Assembly: GCA_951406725.2 (NCBI GenBank)
Contig: OX597814.1
Span: 20,832,001 to 20,896,000, forward strand
Source of the DNA: Octopus vulgaris
Taxonomy: Eukaryota
Direction: 5' to 3'
Length of the DNA stretch: 64,000 nt
Shown here: one piece after another, positions 1-14,002 of the stretch
Position numbering within the stretch: position 1 is the stretch's first letter
How the letters are laid out: each line of letters starts with the position of its first letter
Made by a program: the position numbers and the translations under genes
The notes under the pieces: model-generated
The model's database searches: none
Told to the model about the DNA's origin: nothing
The model's input: only the letters and a program-made list of their open reading frames with translations

Positions 1-225
1 AAACAGTTGCATAATCAAATATCTGTATTCTTGGAGAACTACATTGCAGTGAAACAATTGTAGCAAATAATAAATAAATGTCCCATATTCCTTCTTCTTA
101 ACTCCAATTTCTTCAATTTTACAGTCACAAACAATGAATACTCAAACTTAAACTTGGAAGCATATAACACTACCAATAGTCCTGAGTAATTCTGAAAGTG
201 AATGAGCTTTATACTATACTTTACC

Positions 226-452
226 TATTTCTTTACTACCCACAAGGGGCTAAACACAGAGAGGACAAACAAGGTCAGACAAATGGATTAAGTCGATTAT
301 ATTGACTCCAGTGCGTAACTGGTACTTAATTTATCGACCCCTGAAAGGATGAAAGGCAAAGTCGACCTCGGCGGAATTTGAACTCAGAACGTAACGGCAG
401 ACGAAATACCACTAAGCATTTCACCTGGCATGCTAATGTTTCTGCCAGCTCC
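226..452 (-). mobile_element. tRNA-derived SINE with Meta/MESC-like central domain
   Basis: Reverse complement of the 17166-17398 element (gagttcaaattccgccgaggtcgactttgcctttcatcctttc). Confidence 0.88.
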
Positions 453-1556
453 TAATGGAATACAACTATATATATAATCAAATGAATAATAACAGATGAT
501 GGATAATTGTCAGCTGACAATAATCCACTGTTTGTTATTATTCACCATCATCATTTAACATCTGCCTTCCATGCATACATAGGTAGGATGGTTGGCAGGA
601 GCTGGACAGGTAGAAGACTACCCCAGGCTACTGTGTATGTTTTGGCAGGGTGCCCTTCCTAACACCAACCACTATGCAGAGTGAACTCAGTGCTTTTTAC
701 ATGGCATAAGCACAGGCAAGGTTAGTTTTAGCATTATTTTTACAGTTGGATGCCATTCCAAATACCAACCACTTTACAGTGTGCACTAGATGCTTTTTTA
801 CATGGCACCAGCATTGGTACCAAGTAATTTGCAAGACAAGGAATTTTGAGAGCGGTAATCTGATTATAACACACCAAGGGGGATTTGGACCAGCAAAATA
901 CTCACAGGGTTGGTTTTCTGTGTGTACACAACCGGAATATCCTATATGATACTTACCAACCATAGGCTCGAACCACAGGTTTATCCAACTCTACTTGGTG
1001 CATATCTTTACAAATACCTGATTCTATCTGAATCCTTATTTTATTCTGTGTGTGTGTGTGTGTGTGTGTATTTGTTGTTTTGTGAAGTTATGTATATGTA
1101 TAAGGGAAAGATTGACAGTGTTTGCAAGCCAGTGGGACTTGCTCAGGGTACTTCCATTTTTTTACAATAAACATACTGATTGCCTTGGACTCTTAGTGAA
1201 AAAGCACCCTTGGAGGAACCATGTGTGCCCAAACAACATTCTGGTTGTTTTAGTCCACACAGAGGTCATTCAAAAAGGTCACCAATCACTAACAGTAAAA
1301 GAACACAATGTTACACAACACTTAGAATAGTTACTGAGGAGTCAGCCCAGGTCTTATTTCAGTGCCCACAATAGAGTCAACTTTATTACAAGCAGTCTTT
1401 TATTTGACAAAGTTTTCACCCAGCATACGTAAAGATCTACACTTTCAATCTATATAACAATATTAGTATATTACATATAAATGTAAAGTCTATATATGAA
1501 TAATTTCTTCAAATATTGTAAATAGATGAATAAAGGAATCAGTAAAAAAAACTCAC

Positions 1557-1654
1557 CTTGCAGATTTATCTCTTGAGTCACCCGATCAATAACCAATAAC
1601 TCATTAGTTACTGAATCTTTAGCTTCAATAATGAATTTTTCTGATGTAATATGC
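1557..1654 (-). CDS. SACM1L: SAC1 phosphoinositide phosphatase, coding exon 2 (gene continues beyond the window start)
   Basis: TTCTAG|...|GTGAGT, 98 nt; (L)HITSEKFIIEAKDSVTNELLVIDRVTQEINLQ resembles the SAC1 N-terminus LHITPEKFYVEA...VLTIDRVSTEV. Confidence 0.88.
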
Positions 1655-1802
1655 CTAGAAAATTTAATATTTTAAAATTAGGGAAAATGTTAAATTTTGG
1701 TTTGAATTTAAAACAGCTAAATATCAAAGTTATGCTTTAAAAACTAATAAAGTTTAAAGTAAATGAAATAATTTTGGAGAAATATGAATGCACTTCAGTT
1801 TC

Positions 1803-2178
1803 TTACACTTTTACTTGTTTTAGTTATTAGACTGTGGCCATGAGGGAGCACTGCCTTGTAAGACTAATGTAACAAATCAACCCCAGTACTTATTTTAAGC
1901 CTGATACTTATTCTGTTGGTGCTTTTGCCAAACTGCTAAGTTACAGGGGTGTAAACTAACTAATACACATTGCAAAACAGTCAGGGTGGGTGGACACAAG
2001 TTCACACACACACACAACAAACTTTCATACAGTCTCACTCCATCAATTTCATTCACATGGTATCGCTCAGCCTGGGGCTATAGTAAAACATACTTGCTCA
2101 AAGTGCTGGGCCATAGGATGGAACCTGAAACAATGTGGTTGCAAAGCAAACTTCTTAACTACACAGTCATGTCTGTGT
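1803..2178 (-). mobile_element. older copy of the second SINE family
   Basis: Colinear with 6035-6430, CpG-decayed. Confidence 0.8.
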
Positions 2179-2840
2179 CTAAGAGATATCAAACGAGATT
2201 CTTTTTTTTAATTATGCCTAAGAAAAATTTTTAGTAATTCATAATTTTTTATTTTAATGAACACTTTCAATTAGAATTCACAGAGTCTGCTTTTCTAACC
2301 ATGTCCACCTAACAATATAAAGAGTAGTTGTAGCAGTATGATGGCATGCACAGTAACAGTATGTCACTGCATCCACCATTTGTTGGTGCTTCCTTACTCT
2401 TCATGGATAAAACCTTTGCACCACTAAGGCAACAACCCTCCAACTCATGGGTCTGTTTTGAGTAGTCATGGCTGGTGATGGTTTTATGAGGTCAGAGTGC
2501 AAATCCTAACCCAACCTCTTTTAGGTGCTTTTTATGATATAAACTAGCAATGCATCCTGGCATTGCCTGGGTGCTATGACCTACAAGCACATTGTATTAT
2601 TTGCTCCTTTCTTATGGGCAGAATCGGCACAGCTGATATATAGTTAATGGAATAATGGAAGTTATTTTTTGTTTAATAGTAAAGCCTCTCTCTGTCCCAG
2701 TGTGTGTCTGTCTTTAGATATGTATGTCAGTCAGTCATCAGAAAAATGTATGTATACTGACAGACACATACACTTGTCAGTCATCAGCCTAACATAGGTA
2801 ACGAAAATGCAAATACACTCATATAGAAAATGTGATGTCG

Positions 2841-4145
2841 TCATCATTCATCATCATCGTTTAATGTCCGTTTTCCATGCTGGAATGGGTTGGATGGTTC
2901 AGCTGGGGTCAGGGAAGCCAGGAGGCTGCACTAGGCCCCAATTTGATATGGCAGTGTTTCTGCAGCTGGATGCCCTTCCTAACGCTAACCACTCTGAGAG
3001 TGTATTGGGTGCTTTTTACGTGCCACTGGGACAGGGGCCAGAGGAACTGGTATCGACCACGATCAGATGGTGCTTTTACGTGCCACTGGTATGGAAGCCA
3101 GTCAAAGCAGCACTGGCATCAGCCACGTTCGGATAGTGCTTTTTACATGCTACCAGCACAGGGGTCACAACTGCAATTTCCATTTGACTTGATTTTGATA
3201 TTGATGTACTTGACTGAATAGGTCTCCTTATGCATGGCATGTCGTCCTACAATCCAAGGTATTTTTGAGTGGGCTGGTTATGTGACACTAGTGTAGGTTA
3301 CAGCTGTGAACTCACTTTATTTTCAGGGTCTTCTCAGTCACAGCATACCTTCAGAGGTCTTGGTCTTTTGTCATTGCTTCTGTGGGGTCCAACATTCAAA
3401 GGTCATGATTCACCACCTCATCCCATGTCTTCCTGGGTCTCCCTCTACCCCGGATTCCTTTCACTGATTGGGAGTGGCACTTCTTCACACACCTCTCCTC
3501 GTCCATCCGCAGTACATGACCATACCAATGTAAACGTCTCTCTCGTATGCCACATCTGATGCTTCTTATGTCTATCATTTCTCTCAGGATGCTTACACTC
3601 TACCATGTGTGCACACTGACATTACACATCCAGCAGATCATGCTAGCTTCATTTCTTTCTACCTACACCTTTTCTACAGATCGTGCAGGGCCACCTACCT
3701 GAAGGGATGTGTGCTGTGTTTGCATTCCTACTTACTAGAACTTTGGTCTTTGCAACATTGACTCTAAGGCTCTTCGATTCTAAACCTTGCTTCCACACCT
3801 GAAATTTCTTCTCTAGTTCTGGTAGTGATTCTGCTATGAGGGCCAGGTCATCAGCATAGAGCTCCCAGGGACAACCTGTCTTGAATTCCTCTGTTATTGC
3901 CTGGAGGACTATGATGAATAGGGGGCTGATCCTTGGTGGACCCCTACTTCTACCCAGAATTCTTCACTATACTCATTTCCAATCCTAACCCTACTAACGG
4001 CATCTCTGTGTAGGGCATGTACAGCCCTTATTAACCATTCGTCAATCCCCAGTTTTTGCATTGCCCACCAGATAAGGGATTGGGGGTGGGGGGGGCTGTC
4101 AAAGGCTTTCTCCAAGTCCACAAAAGCCAAATATAGGGGTCTCTT
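2841..4145 (-). mobile_element. decayed RTE LINE (same family as 46358-49700)
   Basis: AFVDLEKAFD, GVHQGS, RLHWYGHV, GRGRPRKTW with frameshifts and an internal deletion; shared 3'UTR and (ATC)n tail. Confidence 0.92.
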
Positions 4146-6034
4146 GTGTATGTCACTATTTTGACATGCTTTTCACAGTTGGATACCCACACCATCACCA
4201 ATCACTTTACTTTGTGGACTGTGTACATTGTATTGTACTTCCAGCTGTCTCCATTCACTCCTGTTGAATTTGTTTGGGTTACCAAACTGTCCCCATGCTA
4301 TTAGGTAGACATTAAACAACAGAATTCAAATTTTTTGCAGATTCTAATTGCAGTCACAAAAACAACCAGGTGAAGTCATTGAATCTTATGTTACAATTCC
4401 ATGCATCCTTACTATATATTGTAGATTCCATTCAGACTGTAACTACAGATGTATATTGGTGGAATGCATTAGAAATTCATATATTTATAGGGTCTCTTCT
4501 AACCATATTCAACAAAGACTCTTTCAGAGTTATTCACTGAATTTGAAACAGGTAATCACCCAAGCCCATTCTCTAGAAGCTGCTCAGAGTTGTGCAATCT
4601 CTTTTCTCTTCATGCCTTATTTGGAACTGTAACAAAAAAACTGAGTCCAGTTCCCTTAGCAATGAGCATATTGTATTGACCCCTAGTATAACCACTCTTT
4701 GTCTAGTAAAAAAATGAAATTTGTCACAACTGCAAAAAGTTAAAGTTTGAACATTTTCTACAAGTATGTCTCTCAAAGGGAGCTCTATTAGCATTTACAA
4801 GTCATTCTGAAAAAGGGCACATCAACAAATACACTTGAAAAGGCTACCGTCAATGTATTTATGGCCAACCAATGTATTGATGCTTTACCTGGCTTATTTG
4901 ACCTGGAAGTGCCACCAGTTTCATCAATAAAGATGTTTGCAAAAAATCTCTCACTCCAATCTTCTCGCCAATGTCTTTGAATTGGCTAGAGAACTCCATC
5001 TAAACATTGTATGTAAATTAATGCATATTTTTTACCCTTTAGTACAAAAAGGTTTATAATCATCATCATCAACATTTTATGTCTGTTTTCCATGCTGGCA
5101 TAGGTTGAGTGGCTTGACAGAAACTGGCAAGGCCAGGGGTCACAGCAGTTTGCATAGTGTGTTTTGACATGGTTTCTATGACTAGATGCCCTTTCTAACA
5201 CCAACCACAAGTGTACTAGATGCTTTTTACATGGAAACTTGGTTTTAGGATCTCTGGTCTGTTGCAGTAGGCAAGTCTTCTCAAGTACAGCAACGCATCA
5301 CATATCTTGTTCCACTGTGCATTTAAATATTTTTCAATTCTTGGACATGACTTCTTTAAATGTCACAACACTATTAAGTTTTAAAAATTCTAACAGTTGC
5401 TCAATTTGCAATGGTTTTGATACCTCTTTGTATTTTTCCATACCTATACAATGATTTGAAATCAATTGCTACTAAATCTTGCTGCTTTTCTTCTCTTGTG
5501 AAATGTTTGTCAAAAAAGTGACTAAATAGTTTCTTGGTGATATTATTCAGTCCTCAAGTTCTTCAAGGCGAACAAAAGCGACTGTTGTAAAACAGAAGAG
5601 GAAATGCCTTGCTACTGACTGTTCACAAACAATACAGCCCTGCCTTCTTGGTATCTACCCACTTCCTAATATTGCAAATCTAGTATTCATGCAATAAATT
5701 CAACAGAAAACGGGATCTGAATGCAGCAAATTGTCAAGTTCTATGCCACAATAATAAGGGATATACTACATTTCAAGCTGATGGACCCACATCTAATTTT
5801 ACATGGTTACATTTTAGTGTGACTAATGCTTGCTATGTGCTTTTCAAAGCGTGATGGATAGTGTATCAAAGCAATTGACACCTGCCAAGGTAGGTGTCAA
5901 TTATTGTTATTGAAAAACTATTGAGGAGAATGGTGAGAACCTGACTCAAATGCTTTTTCAGCTATGAAGGGACACAACATTACAGTTATTAAAGACAAAT
6001 GTTTTTTTTTTTTAACTAAAGATCCATTTGCTAT

Positions 6035-6430
6035 ATACTCTTTTACTTGTTTCAGTCATTTGACTGCGGCCATGCTGGAGCACTGCCTTTAGTCGAGCAA
6101 ATCGACCCCGGGACTTATTCTTTTGTAAGCCCAGTACTTATTCTATCGGTCTCTTTTGCCAAACCGCTAAGTGACGGGGACGCAAACACACCAGCATCGG
6201 TTGTCAAGCAATGCTAGGGGGACAAACACATACACACACACATATATATATATATACATATATACGACAGGCTTCTTTCAGTTTCCGTCGACCAAATCCA
6301 CTCACAAGGCATTGGTCGGCCCGGGACTATAGCAGAAGACATTTGCCCAAGATGCCACGCAGTGGGACTGAACCTGGAACCATGTGGCTGGTTAGCAAGC
6401 TACTTACCACACAGCCACTCCTGCGCCTAT
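6035..6430 (-). mobile_element. second tRNA-type SINE family, young copy with internal (CA)/(TA) microsatellite
   Basis: ataggcgcaggagtggctgtgtggtaag...ggttcagtccc head and aaacaagtaaaagagta tail on the minus strand. Confidence 0.88.
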
Positions 6431-8389
6431 AGGATACAAAACAGAAACTAATTCTCTGCAACTTGATATGGAAAGACTGAAACTTACTCATTCACTACCA
6501 GATGCATAGTAATGCTGAACACACTAAGACTACTACTAGGTTTCTTTAACTACAACTCTAAATTGGTGTCTCATTTCTCAACTAATTCAATCCCTACTAA
6601 ATTTAACATTTCTGTTACTATAAAGACATCTAGATGCTATATGCCCATTTAAAACTTCAATAGTTAATTCTACATTCCCTCTCCCCTGACTTTCTACCAT
6701 ATGTTGAAACTGATGCTTCTGGAAATACAATTTTAGATGTTCTTTCACAGTGTCATAAATTTGTTCAATTTTCTCTCCAAACATACACTCTTTCATAAAC
6801 TGAAGGGAAGATATAGTTATAATAGAAAGTGTTAGGAAATGGGGAATTTTTTTACTTTGCTGTTATTTTACATTACACACTGATCAACAAGTTATCTTTA
6901 TTGGTTGCAAAGTAATAAGATCCTTCATTGCAATGTAGAATTATTGCTCTGCAATGATGGTTGTTGATGGTCTTAACAGATGCTCTTCAATAACATTTTT
7001 TCTTGGAATGGCAGGTTTATAAAGTCTTTGTGAGAAGTAAGACTTAAACATGTAAGTAAGAAAAATCTAATCTCAATCTCATTACTGAAGAGGAAGTTAT
7101 GACTCTACTACTTAAAATACTTCATTGCTAAACAAAGATCAAGAAAGCACCAAAAAGGCTAAATCCTGAAAGCACCAGACAGATTCTACAAATTCTCATC
7201 CAAGTGTATCTGCCAGCCTGTCATTTGCAATAAATACATTTGTTAACATATGCATGTCATATTTGAATTTGAACATTTAAGTGAAATAATACAATTCATG
7301 TCCCAGCACTATCCAACTCATGGAAAAATAGATGTAAAATGATGATGATCTATACATTAAATACATCATCATCAGCATCAAACATCCATGTTCCATGCTA
7401 GCATGGGTGGGAAGGTACCACAAGGGCTGGCCAGGCCTAAGCCTGCACTAGACTTCTGTGACTGTTTTGGCAGGATTTTTACAGCTGGATGCCCTTCCTA
7501 ATACCAGCCACTCAGCAGAGTGGACTTTGTGCTTTTTATGAGGCACAAGCACAGGCAAGGTCAGTTTTGGCAAGGATGCCCTTCCGAACACCAACCACTT
7601 TACAGTGTGGACTGGGTGCTTTTAAGAGGCACCTGCACTGACAGGGTCACCAACAAGTACTTGCAAGACAAAAACTTTTAAGAGGGGAGGAGACATTGGA
7701 GGAGGTGACAATGAAAAGGTTATAGTGAGACAGATATAAGTGTCTTGCTGAAGAGGAAATACAAGTTTACACGGCCGGAGAGAGAAAGATCAGGAATAAA
7801 GACAGAAACAGGTGTGCTACCACAAAGAAAATACATGGTTGCCCAACCTGAGGGAAGTGCACAAAATTCTGGGCATACTCACAAAGAATGGGGATCAGAG
7901 TATAAAAGAGATGGTTGAGTAAAGGAAGAGAGAGATACAGAGAGTGGCAAGTGCCAGGGCATACCCTTGAGATTCAAATGCAATATAAGTGACAGCATAT
8001 TGCAAAGAGAGTGCAATGAAAGAGTGCAAAGTAAGTAGCGAAAGACCTGGGAATGAAGGAGGAAATGCAAAACAGAGAAGAGATTCAAATTGGTTTGTTG
8101 GGGTAGTGTGAGGGAAAAGCTTTCTTGTTACGTGTGGGTGGAACATCCAAGTGGGGGGTTAGTAGATGGCAATAATAGAGTGAGACAAGGCATATGAGTA
8201 GAACACACAGGTTGGGGCAAGCTGAGATCAATGATACAGTGGCACTGGGCCAAGGGGACAGGATTGGGGAGTGGGAGGTAATCATAGTACATGAAGCGGG
8301 AATGTGAAGAAGAGAAGGGATGTAGAGACAGTTTGGTTCGAATGTGGCAGAGTGTGTGAGAAGTTTTCTACACAGCACTTCTAGAACTC

Positions 8390-9260
8390 AGTTTCACTGA
8401 TGTGGGCAGGTCTTCTCAAGAACTTCATATTGCCAGACATGTTGGTCCATGGTCATTTCCTCCATGAGGTCCAACTTCCTGAAATCAGTCACTACCACTT
8501 CATCCTATGTCTTCCTGGGTTTCCCTCTTCCACGGGTACCATCTATTTTCAGTGATCAGCACTTCTTTATGTAGCGGCCCTCATTCACATGCATCACATG
8601 TCCAAACCAACATAGTCCTCTATATTAACAATTTTCAATAAGTGAAAGATTAATGTATGCAATAAAGATGTGAGCAAGAAGGGAACTCTAGAGGGTTTGC
8701 AGAGTTTCTACCTACACCTTTTCTACAGATATATTTGCCTTCCTACTTACTAGAACTTTGGTCTTTGCGACATTGACTCTAAGGCCTTTTGATTCAAAAC
8801 CTTGCTTCCAAACCTGAAATTTCGTCTCTAGTTCTGGTAGTAATTTTGCTATGAGGGTCAGGTCATCAGCATAGAGGAGGTCCCAAGGACAACCTATCTT
8901 GAATTCCTCTGTTATTGCCTGGAGGACTATGATGAATAAGAGGGGGCTGAGGGCTGATCCTTGGTGAATCCCTACTTCTACCTGGAATTCTTCACTATAC
9001 TCATTGCCAACCCTAACCTTACTAACGGCATCTCTGTATAGGGCCTGTACAGCCCTTATTAACCATTTGTCAATCCCCAGTTTCCGCATAGCCCACCAGA
9101 TAAGGGATCAGGGGACTCTGTCAAAGGCTTTCTCCAAGTTCACAAAAGCCGAGTATAGGGGTTTATCTTTGGCTAGGTATTTCTCATGCAGTTGCTGTAC
9201 CAGGAATATAGCACCAGTGGTGCTTCTACCTGGCACAAAACCGAACTGCATCTCATCTAA
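8390..9260 (-). mobile_element. decayed RTE LINE RT fragment
   Basis: MQFGFVPGRSTT, LEKAFDRVP, GIHQGSALSPLLF, YADD; deletions and frameshifts; related 3'-end piece at about 7365-7670. Confidence 0.92.
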
Positions 9261-9549
9261 TAGTGCGTGTGTTTATTTGAAAAAGAAAAAAAATCCTCCT
9301 GAAATATAACAGTACCTGTTTCAACACATGATTTCACATCAGGAATCTTGCAAAACTAATACATAAACATACTGGTAACCTATTTAGTATGGAATGTGGA
9401 TTGATGAGATAAGGTAAGAATGACAAAAGGAAGAAAGGTATGTTGAGTAGGTCTTTGTTAAAATGCAGTGTGTTAATTCAGAGAAATAGAAAGGCATTGA
9501 AGACAGTGGTTTTAGGTTTCCATGTGTGTAGCAGCAGCACTCTCCCAGA

Positions 9550-10473
9550 TACATTGTGGAATCAAAAAGTTCCCAGACTAGTTATGTTTAATAAAAAATA
9601 ACTTATTTACCTAAGTTTTAGCATCATCTCCTTCAAAATAGTTACCTTTTGAAGCAATACACTGGTCCCAGCATTCCTGCCACTTTTGGAATTTGGCCTG
9701 GAAGTCATTTTCCATAAGCAAGTTGAGGACCTTCTGTGATTTGCACTGGATTTTGACAACAGTGTTAAAATGGTACTGTCTGAGCTGCATTTTCATCTTC
9801 AGGAAGAGAGGGAAGTCTGCAGGTGCTAAATCTGGCAAATAGGGCAGGTGCGGAAGCAATACCATGTTGTTTTTGGCAAGACTCAAATGCATGAGGAGAG
9901 CTCTGTGACAGGATGCTTTGGCGTCATGAAGAATCCAATTCTTTGCACCCCACAAATCCGGCCACTTTCACTGAAAGTCCTCCCTTAAATACTTCAAAAC
10001 ATTGCAATAGAACTCTCAATTGATGGTCTGGCTCTGGGGGATGAATTCCTAATGCACAATACCACATTTCTGGGGGTGACGCTTGTGGCAGGTCTTCCAG
10101 ATCACTCACTGTCTTCCGGGGATGTTCTTCCACTTCTGAAGCGCCTGTGCCACCCGAAACGTTGCATACAATCCATTACCTCATCACTGAAAGCTTGCCG
10201 AAGCATGCTCGATGTCTCTGTAGCAGACTTCCCAAGTTTAGCACAAAATTTCCTGTTAGCTCTTTATTACAGTCCATGACAAAATCACAGACTACAGCAT
10301 ACATATGATCACAAAAACACAAACTTCACAACTTGCAAAGTAAACACAGTGATGATACTTGGCACACTGTCTCATGAAGGTCACTGTTAGCTGTAACTGT
10401 GCATGCAATCATGTGCTGCCATCTGTTGGCGCACTACAGAACTAGTCTGGGAACCTTTTGATACCACCTCATA
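9550..10473 (-). mobile_element. internally deleted mariner (Tc1/mariner) transposon
   Basis: About 33-bp imperfect TIRs with TA ends (9550-9582 and 10441-10473); transposase remnant PHLPYLPDLAPADF...FQKWQECWDQCI. Confidence 0.92.
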
Positions 10474-12074
10474 TATGTGTAATATGTGTGTAATGTTGGT
10501 TGATTTTGACTTGGTTACCAAATCCCCATTGGTGGATATTGTCAAGGTCATTGTCCTTGGAAGAAGTGAATGCTTAGTGTAAGGTATCCAGGTTGCAGAT
10601 GGTTAAGAGGAATAAATAGTATCATACATATATAAAAGTGAGTGGTATTAAAACAACAATTAGAACATTAATGATATCAAATAGATTATTAAAGAACAGT
10701 TTACAAGACATAGCCATAGTTTAACCTACACCAAAATTAATGAAATATGAATTAGAGAGATCCTCATTAGTGAATAAGAATACTGATCCTAGTGAACAGA
10801 GATGGATTTAGCCCATTTAGCTAGGAAATTGTCATACCATATATAGTTTGAAGTTTTCAAGGCAGTATGACAGGAGAGCAAATCTCCATAAAAATCTGGA
10901 TTTACAGGGACCATACCACTGGTTTATGAAATGGATGCAAGTGAGGTGAGGTAGGTGGTGGTTGTTTACCATTGTTTTTTTCATTACTTGTGAGATATTG
11001 GAAGATAGGGTGACAGGTAGGTAGTTGTTGTTCTTATGAATAAGTAGAAAAAAACACATGGAAGAGAAGGGATTTCCAAGTGGACAGACTATATGGTGAC
11101 TTTCTTTACAAGTGTACAGTTTGCAGAACCATCCGGATTTTAAAAAAAAATAGTGGGTAGCAAGGAGTGATAATTTTCAATGCATGAAATTGGTAAAATT
11201 GAAATTTGACAAATCTCTCCTTCTCCTTTTTTATTTGGAAATAGATTTAGTAAATCATTTTTGGTCTCATTTAGCACTATTTGAACTGGATCTTACTCTC
11301 TATATTTTCCACTTTGTCTATAACAAAAACATTAATCCATAACAAAATATGATTCTCATCTTCACACCATATCACATATTCTGCTATTCCTGATTTTTGT
11401 TGTCTTGCATTGGTTTAGAACTTTTCAATGTTCCGTGATTCTAATTTTCAGGGAGTTTCAATTCTTTTGTTTCTGGTGAGGCATCTTTGGAGTATCATGC
11501 TATTTCTGGGCACTGTTATCATATATTAATTACAGTTTTATCATGTCTTCCCAGACACAATAGGAAAGAGTTATTGTGAGGTCTAGTTAAAGCTCTTGCT
11601 GAGACTTTATTCTGTAATATGCAGTTAAGGGCATATATATTTCTTAGGAATGTATATTTTAAAGTGGAATACTTCGTGTTTATAAACTTTGTTACTGGAA
11701 CATTATTTAGTCTGATACAGTTGGCATCTGAAAATACCTGGTGGCCTGAGTGATGGGAATTGTAATTTAGCTAGAGTTTGTGTATCAATATCAAAATGCA
11801 AAATTCAATGGATCAAGTTAACAATTAAAAATCATTCTAACTGTACTAATAACTCATTCAGATTGCTGATTTCTCAGTTGATTACATGCTGATTAAGTAA
11901 AACAATAGGCAATATCTGCTTGGTGAAAGTGTCATAAGTTGACAGCTAAGTTGTGTAAACAAACTAATAAAGAAATTGGAAATCACAGATGAGATGATGT
12001 AAGCCCAAGATAGCAGATAGGAATATTTGAAAACATTTAAACCCTACTAACATAGAAAGATGAATGTTAAAATG

Positions 12075-12328
12075 GTGATGATGATGATGATGATCATCAT
12101 CGTTTAACGTCCGTTTTCCTGGCTAGCATGGGTTGGACGGTTCAACTGGGGTCTGGGAAGCCAGGAGGCTGCGCCAGGCCCAGTCTAATCTACAGCTGGA
12201 TGCCCTTCCTAACGCCAACCACTCCGAGAGTGTAGTGGGTGCTTTTTATGTGCCACCTGCACAGGTGCCAGACGAGGCTGGCAAACGGCCACGATCGGAC
12301 GGTGATTTTTACGTGCCACCGGCACGGA
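12075..12328 (-). mobile_element. RTE 3'-end fragment or RTE-tailed SINE
   Basis: catcatcgtttaacgtccgttttcc...ctggatgcccttcctaacgccaaccac. Other same-orientation copies at about 545-830, 5058-5240, 15622-15810, 17986-18220, 18895-19090, 51294-51470, 58393-58760. Confidence 0.85.
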
Positions 12329-13976
12329 ATAATCAATGGATTTAGACTTTGATATGACATCAAATTGGAACAAAATTTTAGGAATTGTTAACAGTTTTGA
12401 TACTGAAAGAAAATATGATCATCAACCGACACTACTGACAAGTAACTTCAACATATTGGACAAGCTTACAAGGGTGTTTCTAAGAGGTCATTAAAATTGC
12501 TACAAATAGCAGTTAAATCTCTCATGACTGACTATCAGATTACATAGGACAAAGTAGTCTCTAGCATACAAAAAGGCAGCAGCATTATACTGGTTATAGC
12601 ATCTTTATTCAGAGGTTTTCTCAATCATGTCTGATTGGGATTAACCATCATTAGTGTGGCAATACAACTTGCCTCCACAAAAACAATAATTAAAATATTT
12701 ATTTCAGATTCCTACTATATGTCTTTGAACCAGACATTGAAATTATCGAGAGAACAACTAAGTAGTGTACATGAAGTATCAAAGATTTTTTAAATGACAA
12801 ATTTCAGAAAGAAATCAGTTGATCAAGTTTACCAAACTTTATTAAATTAACAAAATTAAAAATCATTCTTGTGCAATTTAAAATTCTATCAATCACGATC
12901 TTCCGTAGTTATGTGTGTGACCCACACTTTCGAATAGCTCTGACAGATAGACAAAATATGAAGAAAAAAAATAAAAGTTTGGGAATAATAGTGCGACAAG
13001 ATTATTATTTTTTAAATTGTGGTTAGCAGATTTTCCGAGTCACTCAAAGGTACAAATTCGTTTTAATGCAGGAATAAATTCAGACTAAACTGACTTAAGC
13101 ATGTGTCGATTGTCATACGGTAGACGTGGACGTCGAGATAAACTCCCAGAAGGTCGATTCTGCAGCATGGTTTCGATTTCTTATTGAAAACCAATTCACT
13201 TACGCAACTGATACCACCCAGTAAAGATATGCACGTCACAATATCCTATTCACCTTGTCTAAAATATAGGGTTGTATATTTAGTAAAAACAATTAAATAC
13301 TGAAATACACCAATAAAGGAATAACGCCCACTCTTAACATAGTTAGGTCAATCAAAAGTAAAAAACAAAAACATTTATCATTTTATAATATCATCAAATA
13401 AAAAAAAGTTGTCTATTCAACAAAAATTATTGTAAAATATGTTGAAAATACAGCATTAAAATATTCCGAATTATTATATTAATTCAATGCAGTAGAAAAT
13501 AAACGATATTAACTTGAATTTATATAAAATTAACTTTAACCATCCGAGTAAATAAAATAGAAAGGTTCCTTCACAGTATTAGAATATTAATTTTTACGGA
13601 AGTAAGAATATAAGGTTTGGCAACTAATTTAGATGAAAATGAAGTAAATGAACATCGACGTAATATGCAAAATATAGTGAAGATGTAATAAAATCAGAGA
13701 ACGGATTTTACACAAACAAACAAACAGTGTCAGCATTTTTAACCGGATAAGAAGTACGTTTTCGTCTGTAAGAAATTAACTAGTAAACGAAAAACATTCT
13801 GATTAACAAATATTTAATTAATTTATTTTTCTACTAATCGCATGATGTTGATAATGAGAGATTAAATTATTTCACTATCAAAGAAAATTATTTGTCCAAT
13901 ATGAAAATTAAGATAGAATTAGATAAAAAAATAAGTCCAAAATTATATAACAGTTGTAAATAAATGAAGAACTTAC

Positions 13977-14002
13977 AATCGGAGAGATTCATGAACAGCC
14001 AT
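13977..14002 (-). CDS. SACM1L: SAC1 phosphoinositide phosphatase, coding exon 1
   Basis: atcATGG strong start context; MAVHESLR(L) ending TT|GTAAGT (phase 2), joining exon 2 in frame; CpG-retaining surroundings. Confidence 0.8.

Noticed and set aside
4350-5990. Possible additional SAC1 exon or decayed transposase
   Set aside because: No recognisable motif; SAC1 exons 1 and 2 already join in frame; the small hairpin at 5873-5902 is too short to interpret
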